A stretch of DNA of 64,000 nucleotides from an uncultured Acidobacteriaceae bacterium. Lineage in GTDB: Bacteria; Acidobacteriota; Terriglobia; Terriglobales; Acidobacteriaceae. Position 1 is the first letter of the stretch. The number at the start of each line of letters is the position of its first letter. Position numbers and translations under genes: made by a program. The stretch covers positions 1,663,082-1,727,081 of the forward strand of contig CAVXTS010000002.1 in assembly GCA_963764735.1 (NCBI GenBank). The letters run 5' to 3'. The notes under the pieces were generated by a model. The model searched no databases. It was not told the origin of the DNA and was given only the letters and a program-made list of their open reading frames with translations. Positions 37,739-45,902 of this stretch are shown here, one piece after another.

Positions 37739-38727
37739 CAGCCGCCGGACCCGAGGTTCCTAGCGACGACGGCTGCGAGGGCTTCGGCGAGGAGCGGCGA
37801 GGCGTTGAGGCTCTCGGGGCGGTAGAGGCGCAGGCCGAGCGAGCGGGCGGCCTCGGTGAAGGCGATGTCGATGTCGTAGAGGATCTCGACATGGTCACAG
37901 AGAAAACCGATGGGCTGGAGAACGACTCCAGTGTGGCCCTGATCGCGAAGTGTCTTCAGCGTGTCCTCCACGGTGGGGCCGATCCACGGACCTCCGGCAA
38001 CGCCCTGACTTTGGAAGGCGAAGACGTGGTGCGCAGGCGCGGCTGCTTCGAGCAGCTCAACGGTCTTCGCGAAGACTAGCTCGGCGGTGTTGCGCGCCTG
38101 ATCCGCATAAGGATCAGGAGGCTGATCGCCGGTAGCGGCCAAGGTGCGCGCCGGAACGGAGTGCGCGGTGAAGAGCACGGGCAGGTTGGCTCCGACTTCG
38201 GCGCAGGCGCGCGGGTAGACGGCGGCGAGGCGCTGGGCGAAGGCCTCGATGAGCGCCGGCTCTTCAGGCCATTCCTCGACGAAGGTGACGTCGAGGCCGT
38301 CGGCGACCGACATCAATGCGCGGCGATAGAGGCCAATGCTGGTGCGCGAGTTCTGCGGCGCGAGGCAGATGGCGATGACGCGGGTGACGCCGTCGGCGCG
38401 CATCTGACTGACCACGTCGGCGATGTACGGGTGCCAGTTGCGCATGCCGACGTAGACGCGGAGCGGACGGCCGGCGCGGGCGAGCGCGGCTTCGAGCGAG
38501 CAGCCTTGCGCAAGAGTCCAGCGGGTGAGCGGCGGCGGCTCAGGCCCGGGCTTCTCGCAGAGGCCGATCTGCGAATAGCGGTGCTGCAGCTCTTCGACCA
38601 CCTCCGCCGGGAGGGCGCGGCCGCCGGTGACCTTGGCGAGGTACTCGGCCATCTCGCCGAGGACGTTGGGGGTTCCGTGCGCGAGCAGGAGGACGGCGGC
38701 GTTTCGGTCGGGCGGAGTCGGAGTCAT
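37738..38727 (-). CDS. hemH: ferrochelatase (HemH/CpfC)
   Basis: 329 aa. Signatures are LLLAHGTP, FTAHSVP, AFQSQG and FLCDHVEILYDID. Confidence 0.93.
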   Translation of the reverse strand: MTPTPPDRNAAVLLLAHGTPNVLGEMAEYLAKVTGGRALPAEVVEELQHRYSQIGLCEKPGPEPPPLTRWTLAQGCSLEAALARAGRPLRVYVGMRNWHPYIADVVSQMRADGVTRVIAICLAPQNSRTSIGLYRRALMSVADGLDVTFVEEWPEEPALIEAFAQRLAAVYPRACAEVGANLPVLFTAHSVPARTLAATGDQPPDPYADQARNTAELVFAKTVELLEAAAPAHHVFAFQSQGVAGGPWIGPTVEDTLKTLRDQGHTGVVLQPIGFLCDHVEILYDIDIAFTEAARSLGLRLYRPESLNASPLLAEALAAVVARNLGSGG

Positions 38728-38762
38728 GCGAGTCCTACTATCCTAATTCGCCTCCGTCGCAG

Positions 38763-38964
38763 TGTCAGGTATGTCCCCGGTTCAATCTGTCAGGGATGTG
38801 CCCGGTCTGTACCCAGTTCCGGGATACCCCCCCTCCCCCTATATACCCAACTAAGTGATGATAACAAACTAGTTAGTCTCGGACTTCGTACATTTTTGCG
38901 GGTTGGTCAGCAGGTGGGCCTGTCTCCCATGCCCCCCCTCAGGATGTCAGGTATCTGCCCGGTC
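38763..38964. repeat. three copies of a 20-nt direct repeat, TGTCAGG(T/G)AT(G/C)T(C/G)CCCGGT(T/C)
   Basis: Copies lie at 38763-38782 (TGTCAGGTATGTCCCCGGTT), 38788-38807 (TGTCAGGGATGTGCCCGGTC) and 38945-38964 (TGTCAGGTATCTGCCCGGTC). The first two are 36-80 nt upstream of the hemH start codon. Confidence 0.85.
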
Positions 38965-39516
38965 CGCACCTCAAGTAGCCCTTCCCCCCGCCGTTTGATG
39001 CCAAGATTCTGCCCTTAACGGACTCAGATTCGAATCAAGATACCGGTTTGACCCGGTATCGATCTGTCTTGGTCGTATCCATGCCGGGGCGCACCCGCCG
39101 ACCCCCCCCCCGGGGACGCAAAAGGCCCAGGATTTCCGGGGCTTTTGCAATTCGACTAATACCATTATAGCACATCAAAAATAACTCAACTGTACTCGGA
39201 AGGAACTCTATTCCTCATTGAATCAAGGAGTTATAAAATATAGGGCTTGACATGTTTGGCACGGCTGCCACGGTGCCCTTCGGCAAGACTTCGCTTAGGC
39301 TGTATCGACTATAGGAACGATCAAAAACCTGGTTTCCTGGTGGTTTTTAGCGCGGGCCTTCAGCCCGCACGCGTTTTCGGCCGGACAACCTGGGGCGTTG
39401 CCCCAGGCTACGATAGCACGTGCCTTCAGCGCGACGTTATCCATCAATGACTTATCTCGGCGTCCTATGTCGATACGACCTAGGGGCGAAATGACAATCT
39501 CTGTTGCCAGGGTGGA

Positions 39517-41073
39517 TCAGCCGGATTGTTTAATTTGCGCGACGACCTGGAGGACGGCGTCGACCGGGGTGTCGGGGACGATGCCGTGGCCGAGGTTGAA
39601 GATATGGCCGGGGCGGCCGGCGGCGGCGGCGAGAATCTCCGCGACGCGGGCGTGGAGGACTTCCGGCGGAGCGAAGAGGGTGATGGGGTCGAGGTTGCCC
39701 TGGACGGCGACATGGTAGTCGAGGTCGCGCCAGGTGCGGTCCAACGGAGTGCGCCAATCGAGGCCGAGGACATCGCAGCCGGTCTGGCGCATAAGGGGGA
39801 GGAGCGATGCGGTTTCGACGCCGAAGTAGATGACCGGGACACCGAGGGCCTGAATGCGGTGGATGAGTTCGGTGGTGGGAGCGAGGCAGTATTGGCGGTA
39901 GTCGGAGGGGGAGAGCGCGCCGACCCAGGAGTCGAAGACCTGGATGACGTCGGCACCGGCCTGAACCTGCTGGGCGGCATAGTCGACGAGGACGGTGACG
40001 AGTTTCGACATGAGGATGGGCCAGGCATCGGCGAGCGATGAGTCCACGGCGAGCGGCAAGGGGGGCGAACTGGGCGCGGAGGCGTACATCATTTTCTTGG
40101 TTTCGATGTAGTTGCGGGAGCTGCCGCCCTCAATCATGTAGCTGGCGAGGGTGAAGGGCGCGCCGCAGAAGCCGATGATGCCGAGTTGATCCATGCTTTC
40201 CGGGGAAGTGACCCCAGCGGCTAAAGCCGCGCTCGTGGCGGAAGCATGATACGGCACGGGTAAACCCGTGCCCTTAAGCGAAACAGCTTGGGGGGCGGAC
40301 GGGTTGAAGCCCGCCCCTTTCAAAGCGGGTAAACCCGTGCCCTTAAGCGAAACAGCTTGGGGGGCGGACGGGTTGAAGGCCGCCCCTTTCGAAGCGCGTA
40401 ACCCCTCTAAAGAGAGTAGGTGCTTCGAAGCGCTCGCCCCCTGCAAAGAGCGCGGCTCTTTTGGAGAAGCCAACGCCTTCGCTGCGAAGTGGTGTGCGAC
40501 TTTCTCGATGGCGCGGGCTACGTAGCGGAGGTCTTCAGTGCGGTCGGTGCGCAGGGCGCGTGCCTGATGGGTGGTGCGGATGGGGGTGTGAATCTGGGGG
40601 CCTTCGTTGGCGACGAACTCGAAGTCGAGGCCCATGGGGGTGAGGGGCAGCAGCAGGTCCGCGAAGATGATGGCTGCGTCGACGCCGAGACGTTCGGCGG
40701 CGGTGATGGTGACTTCCGCTGCTATGTCTGGTGTCCGGCAGATGTCGAGCAGGGAGTGGTGCTTGCGGACGGCCATGTACTCCGGCATGTAGCGGCCAGC
40801 CTGGCGGAGGAACCAGACAGGGGTGCGGTCGACGGGGAGACGAAGGCAGGCACGAACGAAACGGCTGCCGTTGGCCCCGGCAGCCGTGTCAGGTTGGATT
40901 ACCGCGGGTAACGCGGTCTGGTCCGCTGTGGTCACCGCCCGATTTGGCCCTTCGGGGTCGGCGCCTGAATTCACCACTCGATTTTGCCCATCGAGCGAGG
41001 TGAAGCCAGCCAGCGGCTCAGCTTGGACGCGATCGTCCCCGGGTAAATCGGATGCTGGTTTGTGTTTGCTCAA
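39517..41073 (-). CDS. hemE: uroporphyrinogen decarboxylase carrying a ~100-aa repeat-derived internal insertion
   Basis: Conserved URO-D blocks are VDRTPVWFLRQAGRYMPEY, AAIIFADLLLP, IGFCGAPFTLASYMIEGGSS, QVFDSWVGALSP, VQGNLDP and HIFNLGHGI. The ORF is 518 aa versus ~350 for typical HemE. The excess is a ~65-aa N-terminal extension (the ORF start is TTG; the true start is uncertain) plus an insertion at 40186-40485. Confidence 0.88.
   Translation of the reverse strand: MSKHKPASDLPGDDRVQAEPLAGFTSLDGQNRVVNSGADPEGPNRAVTTADQTALPAVIQPDTAAGANGSRFVRACLRLPVDRTPVWFLRQAGRYMPEYMAVRKHHSLLDICRTPDIAAEVTITAAERLGVDAAIIFADLLLPLTPMGLDFEFVANEGPQIHTPIRTTHQARALRTDRTEDLRYVARAIEKVAHHFAAKALASPKEPRSLQGASASKHLLSLEGLRASKGAAFNPSAPQAVSLKGTGLPALKGAGFNPSAPQAVSLKGTGLPVPYHASATSAALAAGVTSPESMDQLGIIGFCGAPFTLASYMIEGGSSRNYIETKKMMYASAPSSPPLPLAVDSSLADAWPILMSKLVTVLVDYAAQQVQAGADVIQVFDSWVGALSPSDYRQYCLAPTTELIHRIQALGVPVIYFGVETASLLPLMRQTGCDVLGLDWRTPLDRTWRDLDYHVAVQGNLDPITLFAPPEVLHARVAEILAAAAGRPGHIFNLGHGIVPDTPVDAVLQVVAQIKQSG
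40258..40395. repeat. tandem 2 x 69-bp repeat (REP/MITE-like, two hairpins per unit) inside hemE
   Basis: The unit GGGTAAACCCGTGCCCTTAAGCGAAACAGCTTGGGGGGCGGACGGGTTGAAG(C/G)CCGCCCCTTTC(A/G)AAGC occurs at 40258-40326 and 40327-40395. The internal stems are CACGGGT/ACCCGTG and GGGGCGG/CCGCCCC. The 69-bp period equals 23 codons. Confidence 0.9.
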
Positions 41074-41305
41074 AGGGTCTGGTCTCCCAACCTTTCGAGC
41101 GTAGCATCCTTCGGGGGATCAGCGTGAATCCTGAAAAGTCGCATGCACGAGGCGGGATCGCCGCAGAGTGCATGTATCTAACGTAGCTTCCTGGAACCCT
41201 GCGGGTTATCCCCTGTGAGGACCAAAGGGCTACAACTTTTGGCACAGCGGGAGCTGCGAAGTAAGAGAAACGGGAGGGTTTTGAGGCCGGGAGGGCGCGG
41301 GGGAA

Positions 41306-41557
41306 TCAGGGTTCGAGGCGGAGGGTGAACTCTTCGATGACGGGGTTGGTGAGGACCTCGCGGGCGATGCGCTCGATTTCGCGCTGGGCGTGGGCGGGGT
41401 CCGCGGCGAGCGAGTCCTCGAGGGTGAGTTGGAAGTACTTTCCCTGGCGGACGTCGGCGACGCCGGAGAACTGCATGCGGCGGAGGGCGCCGGCTACGGT
41501 CTGGCCCTGCGCGTCGAGGACGGACCGCTTCAATGTTACGTACACATGCGCCTTCAT
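41306..41557 (-). CDS. purS: phosphoribosylformylglycinamidine synthase subunit PurS
   Basis: 83 aa. MKAHVYVTLKRSVLDAQGQTVAGALRRMQFSGVADVRQGKYFQLTLE is a typical PurS sequence. Confidence 0.9.
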   Translation of the reverse strand: MKAHVYVTLKRSVLDAQGQTVAGALRRMQFSGVADVRQGKYFQLTLEDSLAADPAHAQREIERIAREVLTNPVIEEFTLRLEP

Positions 41558-41670
41558 GAGGTCTGATTATAGACTTGTAGCAGCCAGTAGTCCGTAAAAC
41601 GCGTTAGCCGACGCGAATCCAACCACGCTCGAAGAGATGTTCTTCCGACTGAGACGAGACCCAAGCGACT

Positions 41671-42225
41671 ATGACGAATTACCTGGAACTGCCGGTCGGG
41701 GAGCTATGCCCCGAAGTGATCAACGCCGTTATCGAGATTCCGCTCGAGGGCATTAACAAGTACGAATACGATAAGCAGTTTCACGTGTTCCGGCTGGACC
41801 GGAATTTGTATTCGCCGGTGCACTATCCGGGGGATTATGGGTTTGTGCCCAGCACGCTGGCAAGCGACGGCGACCCGCTGGACTGCCTGGTGCTGGTGGA
41901 TGCGCCGAGTTTCCCCGGTTGCGTGCAGTCGGTGCGCCCGATTGGCATGTTGGAGATGCTGGACCAGGGGCTGGCCGACGAGAAGTTGCTGTGCGTGGGC
42001 AAGAACAACCCGCGCTACAAGGACGTGTGGAACTACTCGGAGATCTACCCGCACATGCTGAAGGAGATTACCCACTTCTTCGCGATTTACAAGGACCTGG
42101 AAGGCAAGCGGGTGGAGATCAAGGGCTGGCGGGATGCGTCGTTTGCGCGCAGCAAGGTGCTGGAAGCGCAGCAGCGGTTCATCGACAACAAGACGACCCC
42201 GGAGCCGAAGCCGGTGCCAAAGTAG
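41671..42225 (+). CDS. ppa: inorganic pyrophosphatase
   Basis: 184 aa with family I PPase motifs: EIPLEGINKYEYDK, YPGDYGFVPSTLASDGDPLDCLVLV. Confidence 0.95.
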   Translation: MTNYLELPVGELCPEVINAVIEIPLEGINKYEYDKQFHVFRLDRNLYSPVHYPGDYGFVPSTLASDGDPLDCLVLVDAPSFPGCVQSVRPIGMLEMLDQGLADEKLLCVGKNNPRYKDVWNYSEIYPHMLKEITHFFAIYKDLEGKRVEIKGWRDASFARSKVLEAQQRFIDNKTTPEPKPVPK

Positions 42226-42258
42226 GGCGAGTCGAGGCAAAAAAGAAGGCTAAGGCAG

Positions 42259-42444
42259 GAAGGCCGCCTGTGCAGGCGGCCTTCTGAGGGTGATGAAAAA
42301 GGCGGCTCAGCGTAGGAAAGCAGACCTCAGGGGGCTAAAGCCCGGCTGATTCTGTGGCTCTTATGGCACGGATAAATCCGTGCCCTTAACGAAAAAGCGC
42401 ATTTGTCAACATTCTCGGAAGGCCGCCTGTGCAGGCGGCCTTCT
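42259..42444. repeat. duplicated 26-nt terminator hairpin flanking a REP-like insert
   Basis: GAAGGCCGCCTGTGCAGGCGGCCTTC occurs at 42259-42284 and identically at 42419-42444. The second copy is followed by TTGTGTTGTT. The 134 nt between the copies contain GGGGCTAAAGCCC and GGCACGGATAAATCCGTGCCCTTAACGAAAAAGC, which match the element inside hemE. Confidence 0.85.
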
Positions 42445-42479
42445 TGTGTTGTTCCGGAGGATTCTTCAGCAGCGCTCGT

Positions 42480-43487
42480 CTATTGAATGGTGATGTAGGC
42501 CACGTTGGTCTGCGTTGGGGCCAGGTGAGAGGCCAGGACGATGATGGGTTGATAGCCGGTGATGGGAATGACGGACGGCGCGGTGTAGAGACCGGTTTGG
42601 GTAATGGTTCCGTAGGGGCCGGGAACGCCGTTGACCATTCCACCTACCGTCGCGCTGCCGGGACCCGCCGTGGCATTCCCAACCGACCAGACCACTGTGT
42701 TGTCGGTGGTGTAGAGCGGGTCTCCTGGGGAGATCGCATTGCAAGTGGCAAGGGTATAGCAGGGCGTGGCGCCGACCGCATAGCCGGTGAACTGGAAGTT
42801 GGTATTGCGGGGAACCATGGCGACACTGGTGGTGATGCCCGAGGGATTGGTGGGGGTCTTGGGAATCAGGACGACGCTGGGGTTGCCCTGATTGTAGGGC
42901 TGAACCAACTGTTGATAGGTATACATCTGCGAGGGGTTCGACGGATTGCTGGGGACGGAGGCGGTAATCATGAAATCGCCTTGGGGAATGCCCAGGGCGA
43001 GCGCTTGCTGCAGCGCTGCGCCGCCGTAGGAGGGGGGACCATTCTGGCTAATGTAGGCGGTGTTGCCGCTGGCCGAATTGATGGTGCCATACGCGTTGCC
43101 CGATTCGCCGACGGGCGTACCGGTGCCGGTTGGCAGAACGGTGATATCGCTGAGGTCCTGGCTGGGCAGAAGAGCCCACGTGACATTGGGAGGCGCATTG
43201 GTGACCTGCGCGGTGATGAGATAGGTGCCGCCCTCGCCGGAGTTGGCCATATAGACCACGCTGCCTGCCGGAGCGATTCCGCCGCTTCCAGATCCGAGCG
43301 AGGACGTATACGGGGGAACGGGATATGCGGGGTTATAAAGCACGCCATTGGGGCAGTCGGAGCACGACATCGACAAGGCGATACTAATGTTCTGATAACT
43401 GAAGCTGGCAGGGCCCGCACATCCGATCAGAGAGTAGCTAGTTGCGGCGATGATGGCGACGGCGAGAATCTTCAAGCAGAGTTTCAT
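42480..43487 (-). CDS. hypothetical lipoprotein, Ser/Thr/Gly/Pro-rich beta-type repeats
   Basis: 335 aa with signal and lipobox MKLCLKILAVAIIAATSYSLIGC. Segments that look Ig-like recur (VTWALLPSQD..., VVWSVGNATAG...GTITQTGLYTAPS). No family assigned. Confidence 0.75.
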   Translation of the reverse strand: MKLCLKILAVAIIAATSYSLIGCAGPASFSYQNISIALSMSCSDCPNGVLYNPAYPVPPYTSSLGSGSGGIAPAGSVVYMANSGEGGTYLITAQVTNAPPNVTWALLPSQDLSDITVLPTGTGTPVGESGNAYGTINSASGNTAYISQNGPPSYGGAALQQALALGIPQGDFMITASVPSNPSNPSQMYTYQQLVQPYNQGNPSVVLIPKTPTNPSGITTSVAMVPRNTNFQFTGYAVGATPCYTLATCNAISPGDPLYTTDNTVVWSVGNATAGPGSATVGGMVNGVPGPYGTITQTGLYTAPSVIPITGYQPIIVLASHLAPTQTNVAYITIQ

Positions 43488-43684
43488 TGGGGGAATCCTT
43501 TGTAATCCGGAACCAGAGAAGCATATCTCAAGTTATTGCGTTCGCGAAAGTCCTTTTTTTGGGGGCCAAGCAAGGTCCTGTCCGCAGAGGACGGGCCGAG
43601 GCCAGTTTGCTTTGAGACAGGAACTGTACCACCTGGCGTTACTATGCGCCAGAAGTATCTATAGACAGGAGCGATAGGAGGGAT

Positions 43685-45121
43685 TCAGGGCCGCGGTTGG
43701 GGCAGGTCGCCGGGGGATGGAGGGTGGCCGCCCGACAGCCTTCGGGAAGAGCCCCAGTGGGCAAATGCATAGGCTAACGGCCCCGCGGCGGCAACCAGGG
43801 CGGCAAAGGCGAGAGCGGGGAGCGGGCCAACACGCTCCCCTCGGGCGGCATAGAGGGCGAAGGCAATGAGTAGCGCGGGGCCGACGCCAGCCAGTATAGA
43901 GGTAGTTACCCCGCCGGGGATGCGAAAGGGCCGGACCAAGGCAGGCTCACGCAGGCGGAGGACGACCAGCGCGACAAATTCCAGCAGCAGCGACGCGCCG
44001 TAAAGGACCAGGTCGATGGAGATGAGGCGCTCGAAAGAGAGGCGGAGCGCCAGCGCCCAGGCAACCGCGCAGACCAGCACAGAGGCCCAGGGTACAGGCG
44101 CGCGGGTGGCGGTTGGGTGCGTGGTGCGCGTGAAGAAGCGCGGCAGCAGGCCGTCCTGAGCAAGCGCGTAGGGGACACGCGCATAGCTGAGCATCAGGGC
44201 ATTGAACATGCCAACGCCGTTGAGCATTCCACCGATTACAACAGCGAGCGCAAGGGTGATTCCGAAGGCGCCGGGGCCGGCGATGGAACGGGCAGCATCG
44301 GTCCAGGCGCCGGTGGAGAATCGGTCGGCGGGGATTCCGGCAAGAGCGACAGCGGCAAGTGGGACGATATATGTTGCAGCGACCAGAGCGGCGGAGATGA
44401 GCATGGCGCGCGGATAGTTGCGCTGCGGCGATTCAACCTCCTGGGCCACGGTGGAGGCGTTGTCCCAACCCATGTAGTTCCACAGCGTGACGGAGACAGC
44501 ACCGGCGAACGAGGGTGCAGCAACCGGCGCCTGGAGCAGCGTGAGTTTGAGGCGGAGGCGGTCGCCGAAAGAAAGCGCGTGCGCGGCGAAGTGGTTTGTG
44601 GCAAGGATGGGCGCCGACGCAAAGAGCCCCTTCCAGAATCCCACCGCAACCAGAACAGCGAACGGTGCGAGCAGGACCGCAAACATGCCCACAGATCCCT
44701 CGCCCACGGCCCGAGCGCCGCGGAGGTTCCACGCAGCGCAGGCGAGGACGACGGCAAGCGCCCAGAGCGTACCGCGATATCCGAGGGTGAGAGCCGGCGC
44801 GACCCGCGAGAGGTAGAGAACGAAGATGACCGGATAGATGGCCATGTCGAAGATGCTGGCGGCAAGCGAGAGCCATGCCTCCTGAAATCCCCAGAAGCCG
44901 CCAAGGGCGCGGCGGACCCAGCAGTAATAGCCGCCTTCTTCCGGCAAGGCGGAGGCGAGTTCGCCAACCATGAGGGCAGTGGGCAGGCTCCAGAGAATGG
45001 GAATGATGAGCAGCAGGAGCAGCGCCCGGCCGTAGCCCGCATCGCCGAGGATGTCCTCAATGCCGTAAGGGCCGCCGGCAACCATGAAGTAGGTCGCTCC
45101 GATAAGCGATAGCAGCCGCAT
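43685..45121 (-). CDS. APC-superfamily amino acid permease
   Basis: ORF 43685..45388 trimmed to ATG 45121 (MRLLSLIGATYFMVAGGPYGIEDILG). It has about 12 hydrophobic helices and the GGPYG motif typical of APC/AGCS-type permeases. Confidence 0.88.
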   Translation of the reverse strand: MRLLSLIGATYFMVAGGPYGIEDILGDAGYGRALLLLLIIPILWSLPTALMVGELASALPEEGGYYCWVRRALGGFWGFQEAWLSLAASIFDMAIYPVIFVLYLSRVAPALTLGYRGTLWALAVVLACAAWNLRGARAVGEGSVGMFAVLLAPFAVLVAVGFWKGLFASAPILATNHFAAHALSFGDRLRLKLTLLQAPVAAPSFAGAVSVTLWNYMGWDNASTVAQEVESPQRNYPRAMLISAALVAATYIVPLAAVALAGIPADRFSTGAWTDAARSIAGPGAFGITLALAVVIGGMLNGVGMFNALMLSYARVPYALAQDGLLPRFFTRTTHPTATRAPVPWASVLVCAVAWALALRLSFERLISIDLVLYGASLLLEFVALVVLRLREPALVRPFRIPGGVTTSILAGVGPALLIAFALYAARGERVGPLPALAFAALVAAAGPLAYAFAHWGSSRRLSGGHPPSPGDLPQPRP

Positions 45122-45425
45122 TTTGTTGTTGGCTTTGCGCAGATAACCGCCTCCCTGGAGATATTGCAGTAGAAAAGAATTTACCTGATGCAGGAGGAAA
45201 CGATGCACGGGCAGGAGACCCCACGAGAGGTATGCGAAGCGTAGGGCCACTTCCCGGGGACATGCACCTGTGTGCGGAAGCATGCCTGGCGCGGCGCACA
45301 CATGAGAATGCCGGTGGGCGTCGGGCAAAGAAACTACCCGCGGAGGCCTTAAGCAAGGCGCGGGCAGCGCGGACTGCTCTATAATCATGGTTCATCCCGG
45401 CGCTTTCTGAAAGTGCGGGGAGGTC

Positions 45426-45518
45426 GGAGAGTTGGCCGAGAGGCTGAAGGCGGCGGTTTGCTAAACCGTTATAGGACCAAAAGTTCTATCGGGGGTTCGA
45501 ATCCCCCACTCTCCGCCA
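45426..45518 (+). tRNA. tRNA-Ser (anticodon GCT), encoded CCA end
   Basis: A hand-folded cloverleaf is consistent. The acceptor stem is GGAGAGT/ACTCTCC and the D arm is GCC-GAGAGGCTGAA-GGC. The anticodon arm is GCGGT-TTGCTAA-ACCGT. The long variable arm is ATAGGA-CCAAAAG-TTCTAT and the T arm is GGGGG-TTCGAAT-CCCCC. The discriminator is G, followed by CCA. Confidence 0.93.
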
Positions 45519-45562
45519 GTCAGTGTTAGCTGTTAGAATGTGCAACTTATATGTGATGATTC

Positions 45563-45600
45563 AGCCCGATTTGGCCGCCAAATCGGGCTTTCGTCTCTCT
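45563..45600 (+). terminator. intrinsic terminator downstream of tRNA-Ser
   Basis: AGCCCGATTTGG-ccg-CCAAATCGGGCT (12-bp stem) is followed by TTCGTCTCTCT. Confidence 0.6.
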
Positions 45601-45902
45601 CTGGAGAATCTCTGCTGATGGGCGAGAGAGGCTAAACTCATGCCTGCGTTCCATCACTCCTCCTTGGTAAGGATCCAGTTGAATATCGATTTTCTGGTGG
45701 GCCGTGATCAATTCAAAAGCCCGACCACCGCTCAGAGCAGGCCGCCAAGGTTGCCGCGACGTCGGAGTTTAAGAGCTTCGACACTCTGGAGAAATGACCC
45801 AGTTCATTGGCATTCTCCGAATCTGTAGACAGGTACGAAGTTGGAGTTCCTAGATTTCCTTGTGTGCCCGCTAAACGGATTCAGCGGGCAGGGAGGCGTG
45901 TT

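Noticed and set aside
39021-39040. GATTCGAATC, looking like a tRNA T-loop (a possible tRNA fragment or att site)
   Set aside because: No flanking T-stem or acceptor sequence is present. It is a simple 10-bp palindrome and does not match the 3' end of the tRNA-Ser in this window.
42330-42362. GGGGCTAAAG...GGCTGATTCTGTGG resembles the 5' end of tmRNA (GGGGCUGAUUCUGGAUUCGAC)
   Set aside because: No TTCGAC continuation, no tag ORF and no tRNA-like 3' end (GGTTCGA..CCA) lie nearby. The segment is part of the REP-like element also seen in hemE.
45713-45880. Possible tyrosine-integrase C-terminal remnant next to tRNA-Ser. The minus-strand reading is ...NANELGHFSRVSKLLNSDVAATLAACSERWSGF*
   Set aside because: Only a loose resemblance to the LLGHS..TT..Y motif exists. 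There is no R/H/Y catalytic context and the fragment is too short. It is not supportable without a translated database search.
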